DNA of 64,000 nt. Origin: Aplysia californica (Eukaryota). The notes under the pieces are model-generated. The model made no database searches. It saw only the letters and a program-made list of their open reading frames with translations, and had not been told where the DNA came from. Position numbers and translations under genes: made by a program. Location of the stretch: positions 201,028 through 265,027 of the forward strand of contig NW_004797434.1 of assembly GCF_000002075.1 (NCBI RefSeq), read 5' to 3'. Positions 1 to 10,049 of this stretch are shown piece by piece; positions within the stretch are counted from its first letter, which is position 1; every line of letters starts with the position of its first letter.

Positions 1-227
1 GGGGTCTTGCGGTCCTTCCTAGGGTGTTGTTTTGGGATTCAGTTTATGTCAGTTACAAGTTATTCCTGAAAAAGAAAGTTGAAATAATTATTGGTGCAAC
101 AGTTACAAAAGTTTTTATAAGGGTTAGCTATGTGCTTACTCATTTGGTCCAGCAACTGCAGCAAACCTGCACTTATCACTACATGGCATTGGACAGAAGG
201 GCGAGAGCCCAGATGTCGCTGGATCGA

Positions 228-254
228 TAACAACAACAACAACAACAACAACAA
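228..254 (+). repeat. (AAC)n microsatellite, probably the tail of a LINE 3' fragment
   Basis: Direct observation; origin is inference. Confidence 0.85.
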
Positions 255-255
255 C

Positions 256-468
256 TCATTTGGTCACTGTTTAGGTTAAAGGACCCTTTCAACATCGTCA
301 GGTTATTTAAGAGATGGAACCTCGGAATTAAAAATCCATCTATGATAGAACCAACCCAAGTATGTGGAGAGCCTTGCCTTAAAAATAACCCAAGTTCAAA
401 ATGCTCCCTTGAGGATTCGAACCAGGGCCACTCACTCCGTAGTCCAACGTGATACCAACTGAGCATAT
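256..468 (-). mobile_element. tRNA-derived SINE
   Basis: Minus strand has A-box-like GCTCAGTTGGTA and B box GGTTCGAATCC; tail CTTAAATAACCT shared with the copies at 1716 and 22145. Confidence 0.7.
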
Positions 469-997
469 GGTGTGCCTCTTTGCTTACTGAAATGGATAGA
501 ATTTTTGTGGTATGGTCCTAACAAAAATACCTTATTAGTGTTTTAAGTTTGTGAGAGTTAATTGTATAACTCGTAGTACAGTTTTGCATTGCATTGAAGT
601 TTTGATGTTTACTGCTGGGGATAGATTTTGTATATTGTTTGTATGTGTCTTTAAAAAAAAAAATTGTTCTTTTCTTTTGTTTTATGTTTGTGTGTGCATG
701 TGTGTTGGTGCATTTTACCAGCTGTCACGTGTGATTGTAAGTGAAAAAAGGTAAAGTAAGAGGTGTATTTTTAATCGGGTAGTCTAGTATATATGTGTCC
801 TTTACATTTCATATGTGATATGTAAAGCTAGGGTGCTGGATGGAGAAGGACCGGGAAGGGGGTTGGAGAGAAGAGAATATTTATCTTCAATCCCATTCCA
901 AACCCCTTTCCTTTTTCAAAGGATCTGTTAGATGTAATTACCAGAGTCTTCATGATGAAGTCGTGGCATGATATTTCTTTATGTTTCATTTTGATAG

Positions 998-1102
998 CTA
1001 TACTGTGGTGCACAGAACGGAAGTGATAAAAAATACTCTCAACCCTAACTGGAAGACGTTTGTCATTTTAGTGAGGAACTTGTGCAATGGAGACTATGAC
1101 AG
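998..1102 (+). CDS. CPNE8: Copine (CPNE5/8/9-like) internal exon, C2B domain ([35 protein letters not shown]); gene start lies upstream of the window
   Basis: TAG acceptor ending 997, GTGAGG donor at 1103; translation matches the copine motif HKTEVVKNTLNPVW...LCNGDYDR. Confidence 0.92.
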
Positions 1103-1667
1103 GTGAGGGGAAAGTTTTTCTTTTTTTTTTAATTAATGATAATAATTATCATAGATTGCTTTTATATAGAGCTCTATCCCATACTAGTATAAGCTCTGAG
1201 CACTTGATGAGTCTGGGCTAATTGGTTTCCTTTGTAGAATGTGTGAATTTTTTTTCTTTTTAATGCACTCACTTATAATATAGTTTATTTCTGACTCATT
1301 CACAGTACAGATGGTACCCTTCGAGCTTACTTTTGTTTTGGTTTTAGGAGGAAACTTAAAGGTTTAGCCTTATTGTCTTGTGTAGCCTTGACAGTCAGAT
1401 AAGTTTAGTATAACAATAGTACAGTGGTCTGAGTAGATCTTCTGGTTTTGATTTTTTTTTTAAAGAGAATTTTATGCTGGTGTTTGCAGCAACTTTTATA
1501 ACTTGTGTCTTATCAAAACTGTTATACACTGTAGCTATGGCTTTTGACTTGCACATAATTTCCCTGTGTCTTTCCATTGATCCATATTTTTAAAACAATC
1601 TGGCAGATGTTGCGGAGAACTATTTCTAGTGCAGATTCTCTTATTATTTCCCTGTGTCTTCCCACAG

Positions 1668-1709
1668 ATCCATCAAAGTAGAGTGTCATGACTGGAATGC
1701 TAGTGGCAA
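1668..1709 (+). CDS. CPNE8: Copine exon (SIKVECHDWNASG)
   Basis: CAG acceptor, GTAAGT donor; phase fits neighbouring exons; matches copine TIKVEVYDWDRDGS. Confidence 0.88.
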
Positions 1710-1715
1710 GTAAGT

Positions 1716-1953
1716 AAAAAAAAAATGGTGAAATGGTATAGGTTTAACGCCCCTATCAACACTATTAGGTTATTTAAGAGGTGGGACCTCCGAGTTTAAA
1801 TCCCATCTCCGAAAGGGCCGAGCTAAATGGAAATTTTTGAATAGTGCCTTTCCCAAAAAGGCAACGTCGTACCAAGCTGAGGCTCGAACTCCCAAACCCG
1901 TAATCTCACGATTATGGGTCCGATAGCCTAACGAGTAGGCCACTGACGTCATT
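1716..1953 (-). mobile_element. tRNA-headed SINE with CORE-like segment; TSD CAAGTAAGT
   Basis: Related copies at 2017-2170 and 22145-22407; TTGGGAAAGGCACT core; 9-bp direct repeat at 1707-1715 and 1954-1962. Confidence 0.8.
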
Positions 1954-2016
1954 CAAGTAAGTCATACAATTTATCGCTTTACAGAGGGTAAGAGATGAAA
2001 TGTTATGTCAGCAAGC

Positions 2017-2170
2017 TGGCTTCTTTTGTCTGATGGTTAGGCCACCGGACCCATGGTCGTGAGATTGTGGGTTTGGGGGTTCAAGGCTCAGGTCTGTTCA
2101 ACATCTTTGGGAAAGGCACTTCACACAAATTTTCCCATTTGGCTTGGTCCTATCGGATGTGGGCTGTTTA
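2017..2170 (+). mobile_element. Partial copy of the same CORE-like SINE, inverted relative to 1716-1953
   Basis: Shares GGACCCAT..TCGTGAGATT..GGGTTTGGG.GTTC and TTTGGGAAAGGCACT. Confidence 0.7.
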
Positions 2171-2269
2171 GGGGATAGGGTCCCGCTGACCTCCGTTATG
2201 GTGGCTAGGCATACAGGAAATTTTACGCACCACTGGTGTACAGATGGCTAGTGCTCAAAGGGTTAAGCG

Positions 2270-2500
2270 AATACAATCACCAAAATGCCAGTGTGGAGAA
2301 GTGGACAGAGCTGTGGAACACGTCCTCAAGCAGTGCAGGACACACAGGGCCCTGAGACCGGAAACGTGGCCAACCACATTAACACCACAGGACAAGTTGT
2401 ACAGGCCAGCAGAATAACTGAGCAGGATGAGACATTATATGATGGATACTGTACTTAAAGTATGATTACTGTGATATGATCAAGAAGAAGAAAGAAGAAG
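2270..2500 (+). mobile_element. 3' end of an I/Ingi-type LINE (zinc knuckle, AAG tail)
   Basis: Translates CQCGEVDRAVEHVLKQC; ends in an (AAG)n-like run. Confidence 0.55.
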
Positions 2501-2517
2501 TAGAGAGAACGAATGAG

Positions 2518-2760
2518 GAGTCTATGGGGAAAAACGGGCATAGTCACAAATTGGAAATTGTGAGGGTGTCAATTTTAAAAGCTTGTGGACTCATAACTTC
2601 ATATTTGTTTGATTGGTGGTTTATTGTTATGTTTATTGAATGGGAAATCTAATTATCAACCAACAGTTGAACAGAAATACAGTTATGAGTCAACAAGCGT
2701 TCAAAATTGATACCCTCTTGATTTTTTAGTTTGTGACTATTCCCGTTTTGCCGTGGACTC
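2518..2760. mobile_element. Foldback MITE with ~100-bp imperfect inverted arms
   Basis: GAGTCTATGGGGAAAAACGGGCATAGTCACAAA... mirrors ...TTTGTGACTATTCCCGTTTTGCCGTGGACTC; inner GACTCATAACT/AGTTATGAGTC. Confidence 0.85.
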
Positions 2761-2821
2761 TGCAAATAGGTTGGGCTTCAAGGAGGAACCGCTGAAAATA
2801 GTATTGAAAAATAACACAGGT

Positions 2822-3080
2822 GTTTTTACGCTCTCATGGACTCAATTTAGATAATTTAGAACAGGTATCGGCAAGTGTATCCAAGTCGCAGGTCAGATTA
2901 AGCAGTTCCGAATATCTTCTGATGTAGGAAGTCGGCTTTGACCCTGTCTGTCAGTTCCAACCTGGGCTGAGAGGGATACACATCACAGCTGAAAGAGAAA
3001 GACTGAGATACTCAATTAAAATGTTCCCCACCTTTGAATCAAACTCGGGTTTCCTGTGAGCGATAGCGAAGTGTTCTATC
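2822..3080 (-). mobile_element. tRNA-headed SINE, family E
   Basis: Similar to 39952-40160, 48950-49400, 54110-54335 and 59622-59815 (GAGTTYGATTC head; CTCAGCCCAGGTTGG..CTGACAGACAGGGTC body). Confidence 0.65.
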
Positions 3081-3341
3081 CTTGTTAATATTTATATCAC
3101 AGTAGACTTTTGGTCAAAGCCAAACTTTGTCTCTACCCAAAGAAAGAATTCAAGGAAATGATTCATAATTTGGAATATTTTTGCAGTTAAAATTGTATTG
3201 CCCTCAGAATGCATGTGGTTTTGCCTACTCTGTCTCTGTGATTATTTTAAATATGTCCTTTATAAGCTAGACCTTCATTAGAGTTTGAGTTGTTACTTCC
3301 TCTGTTTACCCATGGTCAAACTTCCCATGTTTACATTTCAG

Positions 3342-3411
3342 TCACGAGTACATTGGAGAATTCATTACAAACATGCGAGAGCTGAGCTCTAGTCAGAGTC
3401 CTGTCTTTGAG
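3342..3411 (+). CDS. CPNE8: Copine exon (HEYIGEFITNMRELSSSQSPVFE)
   Basis: CAG/GTAAGG boundaries; matches copine HDFIGEFTTSYRELS. Confidence 0.88.
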
Positions 3412-3646
3412 GTAAGGGATGAACCAACAAACGTCATGAAAATGGCTATTGATGTTGAGTTGTTTGTGTGGCAATTTAGTAGATAACAACTCCTTTTTTG
3501 TCTGCAGCAGATGAGGATAACACTCTCACTGAAAAGAAAGAACAGGGAAGACCTCACTAGAACGCTTGCCATGGACTTATTCGATGAAAATAGTGGCTCT
3601 TTTATATTTGCAATTGTTGCTATTGTCTGACATTAACTGGGATTTG

Positions 3647-4181
3647 GGGCTCTCGTGGCCTAGAGGTTAAGGTGTTGGCCTCTCATTCTAAGGTACCGGG
3701 TTCGAATCCGAGTAGTGACCAAAATATTTTCTTCTCTAAAATTGTCTGCTTTCACCTCCTTTCCTGCTCTCTAGCAATGTTCTGTCATCTGCTTTCTTCT
3801 CCTCTTTCTGCCCCCACCCCCTCACCTCCTTTGCCCCCTCCTCTGGGCTCCTGACTCTTTCTGCAGCCTTTCTACTGTTACTCCTTGGCTCCTTCTTACT
3901 GCTGTCTTTCTGCCACACCCCTGATCTTCTGGTAGGAAAGATCTACACCAAGCCTTCTCGGACAAGGGCGAAAAATCTCGGAGGGTTCGTGTGCAAGTTG
4001 CGCATGTTAAAGATCCCTTGGTGGTCTAAAATCGATAAGAGTAGGCTTCGGCCGCCACCCAGGCAAAATTCAAAATTTCCTACCAACTGAAAATATTAGG
4101 TGTGTCCCGCGCGCTCATATGACCTTATGCAGTTGCAAGCGCCGTAAAACACTTCCCAAAAAAATAAATAAATAAATAAAA
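3647..4181 (+). mobile_element. Full-length tRNA-headed Nin/Deu-domain SINE (family A); 13-bp TSD
   Basis: A/B boxes (TGGCCTAGAGG; GGTTCGAATCC), CT-rich spacer, GTTAAAGATCCC...TAAGAGTAGG...GGCAAAATTC domain, (TAAA)n tail; TAACTGGGATTTG at 3634-3646 and 4182-4194. Confidence 0.9.
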
Positions 4182-4659
4182 TAACTGGGATTTGTAACGG
4201 GTCGTTCTGAAAGACTGAACAGTCTGCAGTGTTAAAAGTGCTTCTCTGTCCTTACCCCATTATGACAACAATACCAAATATAGAATGCAACAGGAATTAC
4301 TATTGCTTGTTGGAGTCTGATTCAAAGACAAAGAAGCAGATGGTTATTAATCATGGATATCACTTGCTGTTACATACTTGAACTAACACAAGCAGTGGTA
4401 TTTTTAAGGACAAAAAATATTTCCATTTATGTTACTCAGAAAAGTATTGCTTAGAAGTCAGATACGATCTCACAGTAGGTTGTTCATTGAAGCTGTGTGT
4501 TTTGGTTATTTCCCCAATGTAATCCTCACCCTCAAAGTCGCAAGAAGAAAAGGGGAAAGGCAGGAGGTGGATGGGGGAATGGCTCTCATGTCTACTTTTC
4601 TTCACCTTTCACCTCTTTTGAACAGGGATTTTCTATTTAGTGAAGTTAAGCAACATGCC

Positions 4660-5008
4660 TGGGTGATTGGCGGGTACTCTGGTGTGGTTTGCTCCTTCTT
4701 TCCTGTCAAACACCTGTTGTCCTAATCTCTCCTCCTCCTTTTTTTGTTTTTTACTCTCTTGTATTATTTCTAATCTTCTGCACTTATATGACCTAGTTGT
4801 GTTGCACGTTCAGTAAAATTCTTACTGAAACCAAAAGGGGGGCTCTCGTGGTCTAGAGGTTACGGTGTTTGCCTCTCATACAATAGGTGCAGGGTTCGAA
4901 ACCTGATTGCAAAGGAAAATTTTCTTCTAAAATTTTCTCCTTTCACCTCCTTTGCTTCTCTTTAACCATGTTCTGTCGTCTGCTTTCGTCTTTACTTTCT
5001 GCTCCCAT
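4660..5008 (+). mobile_element. Family B short retroelement (4660-4835) directly followed by the 5' part of a family A SINE
   Basis: Similarity to the other copies in the window. Confidence 0.75.
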
Positions 5009-5084
5009 TGTCAGACTGTATTTGTTTTTGCACCATCCCTCTGTTTCTAAGATAATCAGTCTTGATCGGTTGTTGTATTTCCAG

Positions 5085-5126
5085 CTGACTGATCCCAAAT
5101 CAAGGAAGAAAAAGAGCAGTGGAAAG
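5085..5126 (+). CDS. CPNE8: Copine exon (LTDPKSRKKKSSGK), basic linker
   Basis: CAG/GTAAGA, phase 0-0; equivalent to the copine NPKKKKK..NSG segment. Confidence 0.85.
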
Positions 5127-6034
5127 GTAAGATGCATAAACGTCTATGAAGACTAATCAATCTTGTACCTTTATGAAACTTTATGCACTGTCAACAACTT
5201 CTCTGATTCTCTCTTGAAAATTACGAGTCGTGATCTAGCGACTGCTCTTTATACAGTGGTATCGGTAGTTTTAATATTTTGTCCTTTTATAATATATTCG
5301 TTTGACTTTTTTCATAAGAGAGCCATACTCAAAATATTGGCATATAAATGTTGGAACAGCATAAATTATCAACGTTCACTTTTCATGTTTTTTTTACTTA
5401 AATACAATCTCTAGTGAATTTTTTTGTGCTTTCTAAAAAAAAATATTGATGTGTTATGAAGATAATCAGGAAAAAACTTACTCTTCTATGCTACAAATGC
5501 ACTCCTGAGGGATGGTGTGGTCTAGCAGTTGACATAGAGAAAATCAGGTGCTCATACTTTGTTGGCCCAGGGGTAGAAGGGTTAAAAAAGTTAATCCTTT
5601 CGTTGCCAGGAGGTATGCGTTCCTACTGTCAGCACTGACTTTCACCTGAGCTCGTTACCCAGGACAGCAGTCCCGTGTCTCAGTGTTAATGGATGCGTGG
5701 TCTAGATCAAGCTAACTTGTGACATATTTCCGACCCCGGGTTTTTCATTGTGTCACTTTTCTCACTTTTCTCATTCCTTATTTCCTCCCGTCTTTTCCAT
5801 AAATTTGAATGACTTGCAAATCTAAGTCAAAAAGTGAATTTTTTTGCTTCTTTAAAGTAATTTTGGTGTTTTTGTCTTACGACAGCACGCAGACGCCTAC
5901 AGTCCTAGTTCTGTGCTTTTTGATCGCATGCTAGCCTAACAGTAAAGTAGTACCAGCAAATTTAGTACTGATATGTGCGTTTTTTTTCTTCCTGAATACG
6001 ATTCCATGCAGTGCTTGTTGCTAAAACTCTGTAC

Positions 6035-6446
6035 TCCCCCCGGGGCAGTGCCACTGACTGTAGTGGCTTTAGGCCATTCCCAAAGGGGGGGAGGGGGGCA
6101 TTTCTTGTTCATGCACAATAGAATTGTAAATGGGCTGATTCATCATGTCACGCTCATAACTGTGCCTGATCTACAACAGGGAACTGCTGCTTTTTCTTTC
6201 CTAATCCTTACTATTGTCATTCTCCTCTACTTCTTTTGTATGTTTGTCGCTCCCTTGTGACCTGCTACTTCTGGGGTGCCTTGATAGGGGAAGCAGACTT
6301 TGTGCTGTTGAAGCTAGAGAGGTGAGCAGAGTAAGTCTGATTCCCTGTAGAGACTTCTCTGTTAAAACCCACCCCTTGGCACTCATATGACCTTATGCAG
6401 TTGCGAGCGCCGTAAAACCCTCTACTAAAAAAACCACAAAAAACCA
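6035..6446 (+). mobile_element. Family C short retroelement (~410 bp); 12-bp TSD
   Basis: Copies at 29227-29620 (-) and 43118-43530 (+); AAAACTCTGTAC at 6023-6034 and 6447-6458; shared tail ATATGACCTTATGCAGTTGCGAGCGCCGTAAAAC. Confidence 0.85.
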
Positions 6447-6736
6447 AAAACTCTGTACAGAAGAATTAGAGCCAGGTTATTAGCGTGCCGTACATGTAAT
6501 GTCATACAGATAACCAGGAGTGGCAAATTTTGTCAACTTCCGTGATGTCATGACATACCTAGGTACGTCATAAGGCAACGAAGGGGTTAATAACTAATTG
6601 TTTGAAAATGTGGATTTTTGCAACATTTTTAGTTATTTAAATATTGTGTGTGTGAGTGGGAGTGTATGTGTGTCTAAGTGTGATTGGTTCATCTAATCTG
6701 CACAGTTTGCAACTTTTTATTTGTATTTATTATCAG

Positions 6737-6798
6737 GTACAAGTTTTGAGCTGCCAGATTGAACAACAGCAGTCGTTCCTTGACTTCATCAAGGGAGG
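6737..6798 (+). CDS. CPNE8: Copine exon (VQVLSCQIEQQQSFLDFIKGG)
   Basis: CAG/GTAAGT; SFLDYIKGG-like motif preceding the VWA domain. Confidence 0.9.
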
Positions 6799-7762
6799 GT
6801 AAGTGCATTGTGGTTGAAAAAGTAATTTGTTTTTGCCAATATTGCTCGGGGAAATTGTATGGTGGGGAAAAAACCCAGACGCTCAATCTTTTTTAGACAT
6901 TGCAAAATGTGGGTGCCTTATAAAAAGCTTTTATTTATTTTCATGCAGACCTTACCAAATTTCTTTTTCATTACACCTCACCATTTGACAAAGTTATGTT
7001 CAGTGTAAGTTAGGAACCATTGGAAGTGCAAATCTGAGAAATACAGGTTTAATGGGATCGTCATTTTCTTGAACATATTTGGGGAATAATTATACTTGTA
7101 GTAAAGGAAGCACAATTCTCGCTTTAAAGGAAGGGGAAAAAAAAGCTTTCAAAGTGTACCAAACATGGTGGTGGATTTTGAAGAGGAGCTCATAAACAGT
7201 TTGTAATTAATATTCATTTCCAGCTCAAAAACTATGTACATCTAGAAACTGCTACAGAAATAAAAATAATTTAACACTTTGCAGTCAGTTTGCGCAATAA
7301 AGCGCCAGTGAAAATTATCCGTTCCTGTCACCTGGCGCAGAAGCTCACCTGGCTGGGTGATCAGATGGGGTATTTTGTACAGCTGGCTGTGTGACTGCAA
7401 AGTGTTAAATATACATTTATTATCATATGTATTTTCAGAAAAAGCAACGAGGGAAAGCAATAGAAGCAATGTGGATTAACCCACAAAAGAAGATATTTTA
7501 TAGGTATCAAACTGTAGCTTGTATTCTGTACATGGTTTTCCCAATCTGTCTCACATTTGATGAATGAGCTATTTGTTTTATATTTGCCGGAGGGAACCAG
7601 AGATAGGATGGAATTTTTTGCTGGCTTATTTGATTAAAACTGATTTGACTTTTTTCCGTGTAAAATTAAATCCCTCTTCGCAAATAAATTCCAAAGGACT
7701 GTGCTTTTCTAGTAGTGTGATAGACCAATAGATCAATTGGAAAAGTCATTTTGAGAATTTGA

Positions 7763-8068
<306 letters not shown>

Positions 8069-8662
8069 TAATTTTCTCTTTTTCTCTTGCTTTCCCCTGT
8101 TAGAACGTACAGGCATTTGGTTGTATGTTTTTCCACTCACAGGTGCAATTTGTTTCTATGTAAAAGCCCTTTCCTTCTCACTAGCACATTGTGCCCCTTG
8201 TCTATGAAGAAGTCATGTTTCTGTTTGTCCTCACCAAAGCATTATCAAGGTGATGCATTATGGCAATAGATTTTAGCAGATGAAGGCCCTGCTTTTGTAG
8301 TTCATGGCAAGAGTTTTAATAGGTTTTTCTTTCTCCCTAATCTGGTCCCAGTTCTATGATGTGGAGTATCAATCTTACTGTGCTTGCTTCTAAACAGTGA
8401 AGCCACTTTTTTCTTCTGTGCATGGTGGCTAAATTTTCACCTCTGCCCCACCACCCTTAAAAAATAAAATACAGTTCAAGAGTTTTTGTTGTTTTTTTTC
8501 CCCTAGATGATTAGACCAGCATTTTTTAAGCCTTATTTTAAGATTGGTTTGCTTATTTGTTGCATCTACTGATCATGGTGTACACTAAAATAAATTTTTG
8601 GTTATAAAATAACTTTTTGTTTAATATTCTGACTCCTGTCTTGTTTGCCTCTGGCTCAACAG

Positions 8663-8735
8663 TGACAAAATGTTCCCAGCACTGGGCTTTGGAGCGAGAA
8701 TGCCAGATGGCTCAGTGTCTCATGAGTTTGCCTTG
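8663..8735 (+). CDS. CPNE8: Copine exon (DKMFPALGFGARMPDGSVSHEFAL)
   Basis: Matches CPNE8 DKMFPALGFGAKLPPDG.ISHEFAL; CAG/GTAAGT. Confidence 0.95.
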
Positions 8736-8755
8736 GTAAGTAAATTGTGAAGCAT

Positions 8756-9050
8756 GGGTGGTTTTTGCAGGTGCTCTAATGTGGTTTGTTTCTTCTTTCC
8801 TATCAAACATCTATGGTTCTCTCCTCATTTTTTTTGGTGTTTGTTACTCTCTTGTAACACCTCTAATCTTCGTTACGATACTTATATAACTTTGACTGCA
8901 TAATATGTTGTATTTCAATCTGTTAATAGTGAATGAGGTCTTATTGGAAAAATCTTTTTTGTTCAGATTTTGTAAGAGTTTTACGGCACTTGCAACACAA
9001 TAAGGCCACATAAATGCCGAAGATTAGAGGTGTTACAAGAGATCAGGATG
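8756..9050. mobile_element. Two family B copies in inverted (tail-to-tail) orientation
   Basis: 8756-8900 (+) and 8966-9050 (-); TCTTGTAACACCTCTAATCTTCG against CGAAGATTAGAGGTGTTACAAGA. Confidence 0.75.
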
Positions 9051-9304
9051 ATAGATATGTAAAGAGAGGATCATTGTAAAATTCATGTTCATGGAGATAT
9101 TTAACTTATTTTTTATAACAAGTGTATATACTATGCCTTTTCCACTCTAATTCAACGTTCATTGAACATGACCGTTGTTTTGTGAGTAATGACTATATTC
9201 CAGTTATTTATTTAGTCATTTAACTCATATTGACAAACTATCTGCTGACTTGTACAGTCAGGCTTTCTCATTTATGGGTTTTTTTCTCTCCATTTTTCTT
9301 CTAG

Positions 9305-9432
9305 AATTTCCAACCTCAGAATCCTTACTGCGCTGGTATAGACGGAATATTGGCAGCATATTATCACTCTCTGAACTGTGTGCAGCTGTATGGTCCCACA
9401 AATTTTGCCCCAGTTATCAACCACGTGGCCAG
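9305..9432 (+). CDS. CPNE8: Copine exon ([43 protein letters not shown])
   Basis: [18 protein letters not shown] motif; TAG/GTAATG. Confidence 0.95.
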
Positions 9433-9465
9433 GTAATGTTCATATTATGTGACCTTTAATACACA

Positions 9466-9909
9466 TCACCCCTGCTGGTGGGGGACCCCATAGTTTTACT
9501 ATGGGGGAGCTAAGAATACACCTACCGTGATACTGCGTGTCGTAAGAGGCGACTAAATGTGCATAGATCTGATCGCCTGAAAAGTGCCAGTTTGCGGAGG
9601 GCCAACTACCCAACCCAGTAAAAAACAGTAAGTTACAGAAACACGGACAAACACAGCTTTTTATTTTTCGATCTTGGGAGACGGAGGAGCTTCTGTATCA
9701 GCAGGAACAATGAAAGTTTGGATTGAAACCCACAGGGCAAGAGATCAAGGGGAAGACCTCGTGGAACCTGGAGAAGAATCACAGAAATCAATGTACAGAA
9801 AAGTGGGAAGACATGAAATGACATCAAGAGGCTAGCTCAGGGTAGAGAAAAGTGGAGGGTGTTTGTCCGTGGCCTATACCCTGGTGCAGGGTGAGAAAGG
9901 CAATGATGA
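9466..9909 (+). mobile_element. Bipartite non-autonomous RTE element (RTE 5'UTR fused to RTE 3' end); 11-bp TSD
   Basis: 5' TGTCGTAAGAGGCGACTAA motif; 3' part encodes NPQGKRSRGRPRGTWRR...AQGREKWR; (TGA)n tail; TTTAATACACA at 9455-9465 and 9910-9920. Confidence 0.85.
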
Positions 9910-10049
9910 TTTAATACACAGGGAAAATTTGTGTGGTCAGTAGATGGTTGTGAAAGCACCTTTCCACTGCTGCAAAATTGCTTTTTCTATGGATGTCAAA
10001 CAACGGAAATATCTAATGTCTATAGTGTTTTCTTTGCCTACTTTATTTC

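Noticed and set aside
3647-3720. tRNA gene-like sequence (also at 31527, 52290-52360, 59490-59563, 400-468)
   Set aside because: These are SINE heads: imperfect cloverleaf, always attached to the same SINE body, bounded by TSDs
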